Source: a virus
DNA: 37,652 bases
Strand: one strand, 5' to 3'
Virus record (IMG/VR): IMGVR_UViG_3300009481_000002
Coordinates: 1 to 37,652 of that record
Part shown: positions 15,442 through 23,421 of the stretch, piece by piece
Layout: each line of letters begins with the position of its first letter
How positions within the stretch are numbered: the first letter of the stretch is position 1
Notes under the pieces: model-generated
Databases searched by the model: none
Told to the model about the DNA's origin: nothing
What the model saw: the letters and a program-made list of their open reading frames with translations, nothing else
Position numbers and translations under genes: made by a program

Positions 15442-15693
15442 ATGACACTTTACAAAGATATGCAATACCATCCGGCTTTCACAAACAAGCCTGTAAGGTT
15501 AGCACTCACCGATGATAGTAAAGTATTAATTACTTACGACACCGGCGAAGTGTACCCATACGATTGGTCTGTTGAAATGAACACAGACGAAGCATCGTTA
15601 TTGCATTACCTACTAACCCAATTTCTTTTCGATGACCTCGTACTTAATCAGGGTATGCCCAAAGATTATTACGGGTCAGAAGAAGACGAATAA
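15442..15693 (+). CDS. Hypothetical protein (83 aa from ATG 15442)
   Basis: Track ORF 15400..15693 trimmed to the ATG that follows GAAAGGAAGGC. Confidence 0.6.
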   Translation: MTLYKDMQYHPAFTNKPVRLALTDDSKVLITYDTGEVYPYDWSVEMNTDEASLLHYLLTQFLFDDLVLNQGMPKDYYGSEEDE

Positions 15694-15722
15694 CATTTAT
15701 AAACATAAGGAAGGATATTAAT

Positions 15723-15854
15723 ATGCCAAAAATTACATTACTTGGGTTCACTCCAGAAGAAGAAACGGAGAACCCTCACCTCAAGCAACTTTACGATGTA
15801 GTTGATGCTATCAATGAGGGCTATAAAAGAGAATACGGTGACGATGATGAGTGA
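15723..15854 (+). CDS. Hypothetical acidic mini-protein (43 aa)
   Basis: Found by hand. The SD is AAGGAAGGA. Its stop overlaps the next ATGATG start. Confidence 0.4.
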   Translation: MPKITLLGFTPEEETENPHLKQLYDVVDAINEGYKREYGDDDE

Positions 15855-16266
15855 CCCTCGCAACTGCGATGTGTGTCCGACTTGTCGTCGCCCATTCAGG
15901 GCGCTTCAATTATATGAACGTGCGAGATCAGGAAACCCTGACTCGTTAGAGCATGAAGCAGCAAAGGAACTGAAAGACGCAGGGCTAAGATGCAAACAAG
16001 TCTTAGACTTTCTACGCTGGGAAAAGCATAACGCTTTGACCAGATCACATAGGGCAAGCTACGTCGGCAACGACGGGTTTGTTAGTGGAGAGGATATGAG
16101 ATTAAGTCTTGGCTCTGGCGATTGGCAGCGACGTGTCAGGCAACTGTCTGAGGAGTACGGCGTTCCGATAGAAAGAAAAATGGATAACCCCAACGGTGGC
16201 AGGAAGGTAGCTTATTACCGGCTTGCTGATGGATGGGACTACGAAGGAGATACAGAATATGTCTGA
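15844..16266 (+). CDS. Hypothetical protein with an N-terminal CxxCxxC cluster and a possible C-terminal winged-helix (140 aa from ATG 15844)
   Basis: Track ORF 15802..16266 trimmed. The N-terminus contains CDVCPTC. The C-terminal stretch RRVRQLSEEYGVPI...VAYYRL resembles wHTH segments. Confidence 0.55.
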   Translation: MMSDPRNCDVCPTCRRPFRALQLYERARSGNPDSLEHEAAKELKDAGLRCKQVLDFLRWEKHNALTRSHRASYVGNDGFVSGEDMRLSLGSGDWQRRVRQLSEEYGVPIERKMDNPNGGRKVAYYRLADGWDYEGDTEYV

Positions 16267-16411
16267 TGAATATATAGATTACTTAGTGTACGAGCGTCGT
16301 ATGGAGCGAGCGTTCGGCAAAGAATTTACGGCCAGCAGAAAGCTGTCACCCATAGCAAACAAGGACTTCGAGGGTACGCCCGACGAAGGCGAGATTGTTA
16401 AGGATAGTTAA
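16259..16411 (+). CDS. Hypothetical protein (50 aa from ATG 16259)
   Basis: Track ORF 16223..16411 trimmed to the ATG after GGAGA. It overlaps the upstream stop. Confidence 0.45.
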   Translation: MSDEYIDYLVYERRMERAFGKEFTASRKLSPIANKDFEGTPDEGEIVKDS

Positions 16412-17296
16412 GTGGAATACACTAGCGATATAGAGCAGGCTTACGGCAGGTTCTTACAAGGAAACAGAGAGGTCAAGGAAACAGCGTGCGGTACCCTGAG
16501 TAGGGTGTCTGACTCTGGGGCGTGTCTCCGTCAGCGAGGCTTCAACGCTTTGCAGACAGAGGAATGCCACACCATAGACACGACAACCCTGTTAGCGTTC
16601 GAGCTAGGCACACACATGCACAACGTAGTGCAAGAAGCATGTGCAGACCAGTTTGAAGGAGAGTACGAGACAGCAATAGATCTGTCCTACTCAGGTGTTA
16701 GTCTTAGCGGTAGCTGCGATGGTTTAATTAAAGTCAATGACCAATACAGGTTGTTAGAAATAAAAACCATGAGTCCGTTTGGGTATTCCCTCTGTAAAAA
16801 GTCAGGGGTTCCTAAGCGAGAACACATTGTGCAAGCCAGCTTGTATGCCAAAGGCATGATAGAAGCAGGCAAACAAGTAGACGCTGTGTACCTAGTGTAC
16901 ATAGCTAAAGGCGATGACTTCCGTAGCAAAACAAAAGCAGGAGACATCATGGAATGGGTAATCCCGTTAGATTTTTTTATCTACGAGTACAACATGTCGC
17001 CAATGCAATTAGCTGACGCTGAACTAGAACTGTTCCGCTCTGTCCAATACGATCTTAGCTCCGACAAGCTCCCAGATGCCGTAGTATTTGACGACGATGG
17101 ACTTGACCAGCTAATAGAAAGCCCTAGCCCCTACGGTGTGCCTCATAAGGGAGGCTACTGGGGGTGTAGGTATTGTAGATTTAATGAGCTGTGCCAAATG
17201 GTAGGACCAACCGATGTGTCTTTATCTACAGCCCGTTATCATGAATCATTATTGAAAGGAGATAATGATGACATCCCAGTTAACGAAGTTAGCTAA
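16412..17296 (+). CDS. Cas4/RecB-like PD-(D/E)XK exonuclease with a Cys cluster (294 aa)
   Basis: It has D...LLEIK (D-x-ExK), a QASLY (QxxxY) motif, one N-terminal Cys region, and a C-terminal CRYCRFNELC as in Cas4 Fe-S nucleases. Confidence 0.65.
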   Translation: MEYTSDIEQAYGRFLQGNREVKETACGTLSRVSDSGACLRQRGFNALQTEECHTIDTTTLLAFELGTHMHNVVQEACADQFEGEYETAIDLSYSGVSLSGSCDGLIKVNDQYRLLEIKTMSPFGYSLCKKSGVPKREHIVQASLYAKGMIEAGKQVDAVYLVYIAKGDDFRSKTKAGDIMEWVIPLDFFIYEYNMSPMQLADAELELFRSVQYDLSSDKLPDAVVFDDDGLDQLIESPSPYGVPHKGGYWGCRYCRFNELCQMVGPTDVSLSTARYHESLLKGDNDDIPVNEVS

Positions 17297-17672
17297 ACCC
17301 ATACCAGAAGCGTATGTGAAAGTTAAACCAACCGGCAGAGGCGACAGGTACGTTAGTCACGGAGACATAACACAGTTCTTGCTCGCTCATCTTGGCCCGT
17401 TTGATATGAGAATAGTGGAACTGATACGCAGCCCTGAAGGTATAGTTGAGGGTTGCATATTGGAAGCCACGTTCCAGATAGATGGGCGCACGGTCACTAT
17501 CCAAGAGATAGGTGAAGTGGAGCGACCTAGTAAACACTCAGGTCAGAACGCTAAGAGTAGCGTCAGCGACGGGATTAAACGGATAGCCATGCGCTGTTCT
17601 CTGGGGTTAAGTCTCTGGACAGGTGACGAAAGCTACCGGCTACATAAAGAACTCACTAAAGGAGAAGAATGA
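17265..17672 (+). CDS. Rad52/Sak-like single-strand annealing protein (135 aa)
   Basis: SDGIKRIAMRCSLGLSLW resembles the Rad52-family SDAxKRAxxxFGxGxxLY motif. It sits between the exonuclease and SSB. The SD is AAGGAG. Confidence 0.5.
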   Translation: MMTSQLTKLAKPIPEAYVKVKPTGRGDRYVSHGDITQFLLAHLGPFDMRIVELIRSPEGIVEGCILEATFQIDGRTVTIQEIGEVERPSKHSGQNAKSSVSDGIKRIAMRCSLGLSLWTGDESYRLHKELTKGEE

Positions 17673-18136
17673 GTATCAATGAACATACACATTACCTTCA
17701 CGGCAATCTCGGCAGAGACTGGTCAATGAAAGTAATAGAAAGCACAGGCAAAACCGTCTACGAAAACGCACTTGCCTACTCTCTGAAACAGGACGACCCG
17801 ACCATCTGGGTCAACCTCACAATATGGGAGGACAGTAGAGACGGGTCAACCGTACTAGCAGAAACCATTGCAGATAAAACAAGCAAAGGTTCTAGAGTTA
17901 TAGTGCGTGGGAAATTCACGCAAAGCTCCTACAAAAACAAAGAAGGAGAAACAAAAACTTCTTGGAACTGTAGCGTATGGGATGTAGCCAATGTCATACG
18001 AAAGCCTGAAGGGGCATCAAACTTTTCATCAGGTACAGGCAGGCTAGGACCAGCCGACGATGAATACAAAAAGAAAATAGAACAAAACACCGGATACGAT
18101 TACGATTCTGGAGAAGCAAAGGAGATACCATTCTAA
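17669..18136 (+). CDS. ssb: Single-stranded DNA-binding protein (155 aa)
   Basis: It shows an OB-fold-like pattern (TIWVNLTIWE...KGSRVIVRGKF) and the acidic C-terminal tip ...GEAKEIPF typical of SSB tails (DDDIPF). Confidence 0.75.
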   Translation: MSINEHTHYLHGNLGRDWSMKVIESTGKTVYENALAYSLKQDDPTIWVNLTIWEDSRDGSTVLAETIADKTSKGSRVIVRGKFTQSSYKNKEGETKTSWNCSVWDVANVIRKPEGASNFSSGTGRLGPADDEYKKKIEQNTGYDYDSGEAKEIPF

Positions 18137-18291
18137 TGACAGCCAACGATCAACTAGTAGCATTACGGATGCCGAAAGATTTAGTAGACAAAGTAGACCA
18201 TATCGCTATCGACGAAGGCCGTACAAGGTCATCAATGATACGCCGTATGCTCGACCAGTACATAGATAACTACGCTTACGTTAAACAGTGA
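18136..18291 (+). CDS. Ribbon-helix-helix (CopG/Arc-like) protein (51 aa)
   Basis: Found by hand. In MTANDQLVALRMPKDLVDKVDHIAIDEGRTRSSMIRRMLDQYIDNYAYVKQ I read a beta strand followed by two helices. It shows a TAATG overlap with ssb and a GTGA overlap with the next gene. Confidence 0.6.
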   Translation: MTANDQLVALRMPKDLVDKVDHIAIDEGRTRSSMIRRMLDQYIDNYAYVKQ

Positions 18292-18659
18292 GCAAAGCAC
18301 GACAAAAAGGTACTGTCGGAGAGAACATTATCCGTGATCTCTTGATAGAGTGGGGTCACCAAGACGTTAAACGTACTTCGGCTTCCACTGAATCCCATGA
18401 CATCTGGTTGGGGGGTAGTGGCGTGACGGTGGAAGTCAAGTACCGCAAAGCATGGTCTTTGTTTAAATGGATAGCTCGCATACGTAACGTATCAGACGAC
18501 AACAAATGGGTTATCTTCGCTATACACGGGGACAGAAGGTCCACAGTAGGGAAACAAGTAGACAAGGTAGCAGTTATGGACGCTGACTTTGCAGCAGAAT
18601 TGTTATTGTTGTGGAGACACCAGTTAGATAAAGCTAGTGGTGTGACTCTAATGCCCTGA
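18288..18659 (+). CDS. Hjc-like PD-(D/E)XK endonuclease, a putative Holliday junction resolvase (123 aa)
   Basis: KGTVGENIIRDLL...HDIWL...VTVEVK matches the G-x-E / D / E-x-K order of archaeal-type resolvases. Confidence 0.55.
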   Translation: MSKARQKGTVGENIIRDLLIEWGHQDVKRTSASTESHDIWLGGSGVTVEVKYRKAWSLFKWIARIRNVSDDNKWVIFAIHGDRRSTVGKQVDKVAVMDADFAAELLLLWRHQLDKASGVTLMP

Positions 18660-18831
18660 TCCGCTGCTCATGGTCAGCTAACGTAGCTTCTACGTTATCC
18701 AAAAGAGCGTCACCTCTGGCTAAACGAATCTCAATCTTAATAAGTACGGTTGATACCCACGCCATCCACGGCAGCAAGCAACCAGTAAGTATCAAAAGAA
18801 ACAGGGCTTCTAAACTCACTCGTCTTTCCAA
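18634..18831 (-). CDS. Small membrane protein with an N-terminal TM and a C-terminal coiled-coil (65 aa)
   Basis: Track ORF. It has a ~25-residue hydrophobic stretch followed by RLARGDALLDNVEATLADHEQRIRALE. Its 3' end overlaps the convergent resolvase gene by 26 nt. Confidence 0.5.
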   Translation of the reverse strand: MERRVSLEALFLLILTGCLLPWMAWVSTVLIKIEIRLARGDALLDNVEATLADHEQRIRALESHH

Positions 18832-18998
18832 TCAATCCAAACACCTATCATGTGGCAAATGAACGACCCTACGGTAAGCCAGATACCGTACTCCCTAGTC
18901 TCACCAGACAATGTAATAAGCACAATGCCTGTTGAACCAGCAGTAAGAGACAAAGCAAAAATTTCCTTTGTTACTCTTTTAACTCTACGCTTTATCAT
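18816..18998 (-). CDS. Small two-TM membrane protein (60 aa from ATG 18998; the track gives GTG at 19031)
   Basis: Track ORF. It has a basic N-terminus followed by two hydrophobic segments. Confidence 0.45.
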   Translation of the reverse strand: MIKRRVKRVTKEIFALSLTAGSTGIVLITLSGETREYGIWLTVGSFICHMIGVWIDWKDE

Positions 18999-20709
18999 CT
19001 TTCGCTTTTCTCCTTGGCGCTTCGGGACCACTGGGAGCAGCAGCTTGCGGACTGCTAGGTCGAGGTGTAGGTGTAGGTGTAGGTCTTGGTGTCGGTGGAG
19101 GTGTAGGTCGAGGTGTAGGTCTAGCTACCGCTGCTCCAGTCGCTATTGTAGCAACCGTCGTGACAGCAATCACTACCCGACGATCCTCAACAGTAATCGT
19201 TGAATCCTCAGCGACGTAAGTTTCAAGACCCCCAGCGTACACGTTAACTTCTTCTTCTAACTCAGCTTTAACCTCGTCAGAAGCGTCATTAAATATTTCT
19301 GGAGCTGCCTCAAAAAGCTCCTCTACCTGTTCCTCAGATGCTTCCTCAAAAAACTCTTCGTTATCTTCTAAGATCTCTTCAAGAATTTCTTCAACGTTCT
19401 CTTCATCTTGTAATATTTCAAAAAGAATTTCGTCGTCCAACTCATCTATATCCAACTCCTCGAAATCAACTTCTTCAATGTCCTCAAATTCTTCAAGGAC
19501 AAATTCAATATCTTCTTCCTCTGATTCTAGAACATCTGCCTCATCCAAGTTGGCATCTTCTTCTTCGTCTCGCTCCACCAATTCTTCAAATTGTGGTTCA
19601 GGTTCATTAACCAGATCTTCAAATTCTTCTTCTTCAAATTCCAATTCATCTTCTTCAAACTCCTCGTCTATAAATTCTTCTTCTATTTCAGGTAACTCAT
19701 CAAAATCAAAATCGTAATCTTCCCAATCTACTTCCTCCAGATCAACCCAGATGCTATCATCATCGTATGGGTATCCTTCTTCTTCCTCTGGTTCTATTAT
19801 CAATACTGGTGGTTGCCACTCTTCTGGCTCTTGGGGTTCATATTCCAATTCTGGCAATTCTTCTGGTGGTGTGGGTAGTTCCTCTGGCTCTTCTGGGGTT
19901 GGCGGTAGTGTGGGTTGTGGTTCGGGCGAACTTTCAGGAGAAGGTTCGGGGACATCATCTTCGACAGTGGGAACAGGAGTGGGGTCGATTTGAGGACTAG
20001 GATCAGGTTCAGGCGTTGGCGTAGGCGTTGGCTCGACTTCTTCCTCAGACGTAGGCGTTGGCTCAGGTTCAAGAGTTGGTGTCGGCTCAGGTTCAGGCGT
20101 TGGCGTAGGCGTAGGAGTCGGCTCAACAGTAGGAGTTGGTTCAGGGGTTGGCGTAGGTTCTGGAGTAGGTGTCGGGTCAACAGTTGGAGTAGGCTCTGGT
20201 TCTGAACCATCTAAACTCCACGAACCGCCGGACAATTCCATTGTGTACGTTCCTATATGTTCGTCATCGTAAGCGTCAGCTCTAAGCTGATACGTACCTA
20301 TGTCTAGGGTGGGTGTTAATTGGCTATCCCAGCACATGTTACTCCCATCGTTATGAGGCGCAGAGTCGTCATCATCCGCAACCAGAGTCAATGTTCCTTC
20401 ACTATTAACGCTATATAACCAGATGTGAGGATCGGCAGCGTAGGCATGAGGCGCATTGTCCCAATCATCGCAGGTCATAGACGTAAAAGTAATAGCATTT
20501 ATCGGAGTTTGATCTTCAGTTATTTCCAACGTGAACGTAGGCCCAGCCTCAAATTCATTAACCCACACGGTGCAACGCAACAAATTATCTTCTTCATCCT
20601 CGACACAGGTCGTAACGTTCTGTTCTTGCGCTCCGACAGGCGAAATAAACGCCATGATAAGCATAGAAGCAAACAGTATTCGTGACAGCACAAAGAAAAA
20701 ACGGGCCAT
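18985..20709 (-). CDS. Secreted, C-terminally anchored protein (574 aa). In order it has a signal peptide, a Cys-containing globular domain, a PT-rich linker, a ~210-aa polyacidic region, a TM helix and a Pro/Arg-rich tail.
   Basis: The N-terminus is MARFFFVLSRILFASMLIMAFISPVGA-QEQ. Residues 169-300 are P/T/E repeats. Residues 301-510 hold about 102 D/E and only 3 K/R by hand count. RRVVIAVTTVATIATGAAVA is hydrophobic, and the tail runs RPTPRPTPPPTPRP...RRKAKDDKA. Confidence 0.7.
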   Translation of the reverse strand: MARFFFVLSRILFASMLIMAFISPVGAQEQNVTTCVEDEEDNLLRCTVWVNEFEAGPTFTLEITEDQTPINAITFTSMTCDDWDNAPHAYAADPHIWLYSVNSEGTLTLVADDDDSAPHNDGSNMCWDSQLTPTLDIGTYQLRADAYDDEHIGTYTMELSGGSWSLDGSEPEPTPTVDPTPTPEPTPTPEPTPTVEPTPTPTPTPEPEPTPTLEPEPTPTSEEEVEPTPTPTPEPDPSPQIDPTPVPTVEDDVPEPSPESSPEPQPTLPPTPEEPEELPTPPEELPELEYEPQEPEEWQPPVLIIEPEEEEGYPYDDDSIWVDLEEVDWEDYDFDFDELPEIEEEFIDEEFEEDELEFEEEEFEDLVNEPEPQFEELVERDEEEDANLDEADVLESEEEDIEFVLEEFEDIEEVDFEELDIDELDDEILFEILQDEENVEEILEEILEDNEEFFEEASEEQVEELFEAAPEIFNDASDEVKAELEEEVNVYAGGLETYVAEDSTITVEDRRVVIAVTTVATIATGAAVARPTPRPTPPPTPRPTPTPTPRPSSPQAAAPSGPEAPRRKAKDDKA

Positions 20710-20731
20710 CTACCTACAGTACAATTACAAA

Positions 20732-21490
20732 CTAAGGAACGATAGAAGGTTTCTCGCTTTTCTCAGCCAGCCGACTTCTGCTATAAGAGTGGCAGTCATT
20801 ACATTGCCACCTTTGAAACTTGCTAACCTGCGTGTATGCAAATCCTCTGCGATGAAGATTGTACGATCCGCAAGTAGGACAAGCATGTTCCTGAGAAAAA
20901 ATATTTAAGTTAGGGTGGTTCTTCATCCAAGGTCGCAACGCTAAGTACACATCACGAAGTAAATCAACATCCTGTTTAGCGTATTTAATCATCGTTTTCC
21001 ACGACTTCATATCACCACGCATACAACCAGCCCACAACTGGAAGCCACCTGTCTGCACTTTTTCCCCAAGCCCAAGGTGTTTCCCCACATGATTCAAACG
21101 ATTCGAGTTAAACATAAAATACCTACGAGCTACTTTCAAAGTATCCACAGATTTCACAGACGACGGTGGGCCAAGACCATGCTTCACAAACCTAGCGTTA
21201 GCCTTACGCATATCAAACTTGTCACCATTGTGCGCTATAACAATGTCAGCTTCATCAATTAATTCCCACAGTTTACTAACAACATGAAAATCGTTTTCAA
21301 AATCTTCAGCATACGACTCAGGAAAATCAATTAACGAACACACTTTCGTGCGTTTCTGATGCTCCCAGCGGTACGAAACACACAACATGTACCATTCACG
21401 TTCATGTTCTATAACATCCTGCTGGTACTGGCCCCACACATACGCCAAATTAGGCGCTGTCTCAATATCGTAATACAGAATCTTAGTCAT
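20732..21490 (-). CDS. DnaQ/RNase-H-fold 3'-5' exonuclease with a C-terminal zinc ribbon (252 aa)
   Basis: YYDIETAP is Exo I, IAHNGDKFD is Exo II, and YAKQDVDLL is Exo III. The zinc ribbon is CPTCG...CNDC. Confidence 0.65.
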   Translation of the reverse strand: MTKILYYDIETAPNLAYVWGQYQQDVIEHEREWYMLCVSYRWEHQKRTKVCSLIDFPESYAEDFENDFHVVSKLWELIDEADIVIAHNGDKFDMRKANARFVKHGLGPPSSVKSVDTLKVARRYFMFNSNRLNHVGKHLGLGEKVQTGGFQLWAGCMRGDMKSWKTMIKYAKQDVDLLRDVYLALRPWMKNHPNLNIFSQEHACPTCGSYNLHRRGFAYTQVSKFQRWQCNDCHSYSRSRLAEKSEKPSIVP

Positions 21491-21498
21491 ATACCATT

Positions 21499-23421
21499 CT
21501 AGGGGACAGTTAGTAGTCTAAGGGTGCATACCCCTTCCCACCAAGTCCCATCGTCAGCTAATTTTTCAGGAGCCATTTGTATTTGGTCAATGACTACGCT
21601 CTCTGAACGTGACCCTTCGTTATACGTTACAATTTGTTTATTAACCATAGCTGTGTTCAACGCTTCGTATTCTTCCTTAGTGTTGTATGCTGCTGCTGAA
21701 CCCATACCACGTGACGTAGCTACCCTAGATTTAAGAATTACAGGTAGCACTATTTCGTCAACTCTAGTAGGAGCTGCAAATGCTTCGACTCGCCATGACT
21801 CTACAACAGGGCCATCAGTTGCTACTGAATCTCTTGTTAAATTAAATTGCAATTTAAACGATTCAGACAACGTTGGGACAAGCTCTGTGCCGTCAGCAGC
21901 TTCAATGTTTACTTTAATTTTATTAGATAAAACTCCTGTAGTAACAGAATCACCGTTGTCATTAGTTACCGTAGCAGTTACAGAACCACCTACATTAGCT
22001 GTTTGACCTACCCAAAACTCGTCAGCGTCTCCCCAAGCTACGTTAGCGTCACCCCAAGTACGCACAGCAGACGTAAGGGAAGCAGTATGACGGCGTATTT
22101 CAAGAGTCCGCAACACTTTATCAAATTCAGTGTTCCATCTAATATCACCAACATTTAACGTGCCAGAAGCAACCAAATTATCTTGATACTGTTGCCCTTG
22201 CACACCATTACCAGCGTCCACAAAATATGTTTTGCCATCTGACCTAGCCAAATGCGTTACATTACTTAAAAGATTACCGTCGCCAACTGACACTAAATCA
22301 GGTGCCCACGCAGGCACAAGCGTTTCAGAAAACTTTGACAAATCAGCCCTGTATACTTTACCTGAACCGCCACCAAACCATACAAACCGTTCATCAGCTA
22401 CCAAACTGTACGCTTCACCAGCGCCATCTATAACAGGACCGTATGTTACACCACCTGCTGTAGGTTCAGTAGTTGCGATACGTAGCCCTTTGCTTGTAGC
22501 TAACACAAGAAAGCCACCATACGAAATTATATCGTTTATTTTTTCTCCACGGGGCAACTCAGCTACCTGTTGTGCTTCTTGCAAAAGGCCGTCAGTGTTA
22601 CCTATCTTAACGAAACTTATAACTCCTGTTCCTGCCGTGTTACTTGCAATGTAAAAACCTGCTGGACCAGCAGCTACACTTAACCACTCGCCATCATACA
22701 AAGTAGAATCCATGCTGCTAGAAACTTTAGCGCCAGAAGAATTGTATTCAGATATGTTGTTGCCATCTATTGCAAATAACCTACCGCTTACTACATCAAA
22801 GTAATCAGGGTTTAACGAACCAAAATTAGTTGGAGCTGTAGTAACACCTAACGTTTGTTTAGTGGGAACACGGGCAGACCCATACGCTATATATACATTA
22901 GTTCCATCAGACGCAATGTCCGTAATAACTTCAGCAGACCCAGAAGCAGGAGCACTTACCGTAGCCCATGTAACCGACCCATCAGCAGCAGAAAAATTAG
23001 AAGAATAATACAACGTACTGGCACTAGCAACATACATATAATCCGTGCTGTTGCTTGAACGTCGAAAAATCTTCATAATAACGCCAGTCAAAGACAACAA
23101 ATTGTTCTTAGTTTCACACAAAGGCAACAACGAAAACTGTCCTTCAGTCCACACATCAACACCAGACGACGTATTAAACCTACTCCTATCAGATTTAACT
23201 TTGTCAAAATATTTTTGACCAGAGCCTAACTCCCAACTCGTCTGCGACCTCAACCAAAACTGGTTATTAATAGATTGCTCGCCTGCCTCATTAGAAGTAT
23301 CTCGCTGTTCACGCAACAAAGGAACCGCAGTTCTACGGTACTGGTCTACCTCTATATTGTATTTATGCTCCTTGCTACCAATCGTTAATGTGACTGGCAA
23401 ACGTTCAGCCTTATGAACCAT
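21499..23421 (-). CDS. Large tail structural protein (640 aa), possibly nozzle or tubular-B-like
   Basis: Track ORF. It lies in the tail gene block and its start abuts the upstream stop. Beta-rich repeats are read by eye only. Confidence 0.4.
   Translation of the reverse strand: MVHKAERLPVTLTIGSKEHKYNIEVDQYRRTAVPLLREQRDTSNEAGEQSINNQFWLRSQTSWELGSGQKYFDKVKSDRSRFNTSSGVDVWTEGQFSLLPLCETKNNLLSLTGVIMKIFRRSSNSTDYMYVASASTLYYSSNFSAADGSVTWATVSAPASGSAEVITDIASDGTNVYIAYGSARVPTKQTLGVTTAPTNFGSLNPDYFDVVSGRLFAIDGNNISEYNSSGAKVSSSMDSTLYDGEWLSVAAGPAGFYIASNTAGTGVISFVKIGNTDGLLQEAQQVAELPRGEKINDIISYGGFLVLATSKGLRIATTEPTAGGVTYGPVIDGAGEAYSLVADERFVWFGGGSGKVYRADLSKFSETLVPAWAPDLVSVGDGNLLSNVTHLARSDGKTYFVDAGNGVQGQQYQDNLVASGTLNVGDIRWNTEFDKVLRTLEIRRHTASLTSAVRTWGDANVAWGDADEFWVGQTANVGGSVTATVTNDNGDSVTTGVLSNKIKVNIEAADGTELVPTLSESFKLQFNLTRDSVATDGPVVESWRVEAFAAPTRVDEIVLPVILKSRVATSRGMGSAAAYNTKEEYEALNTAMVNKQIVTYNEGSRSESVVIDQIQMAPEKLADDGTWWEGVCTLRLLTVP

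Noticed and set aside
18634-18831. An LTGC lipobox-like motif suggests a lipoprotein (o-spanin-like).
   Set aside because: The hydrophobic stretch continues for about 12 residues past the Cys. It reads as one long TM helix rather than a cleaved lipoprotein signal.
18850-20908. Multiple long plus-strand and alternative-frame ORFs lie over the 574-aa gene, for example 18850..19203, 19478..19717, 19751..20000, 19915..20205 and 19800..20210(-).
   Set aside because: They arise from the repetitive PT- and E/D-coding DNA, which is open in several frames. They lack SDs and encode S/R/G or L/Q low-complexity strings.
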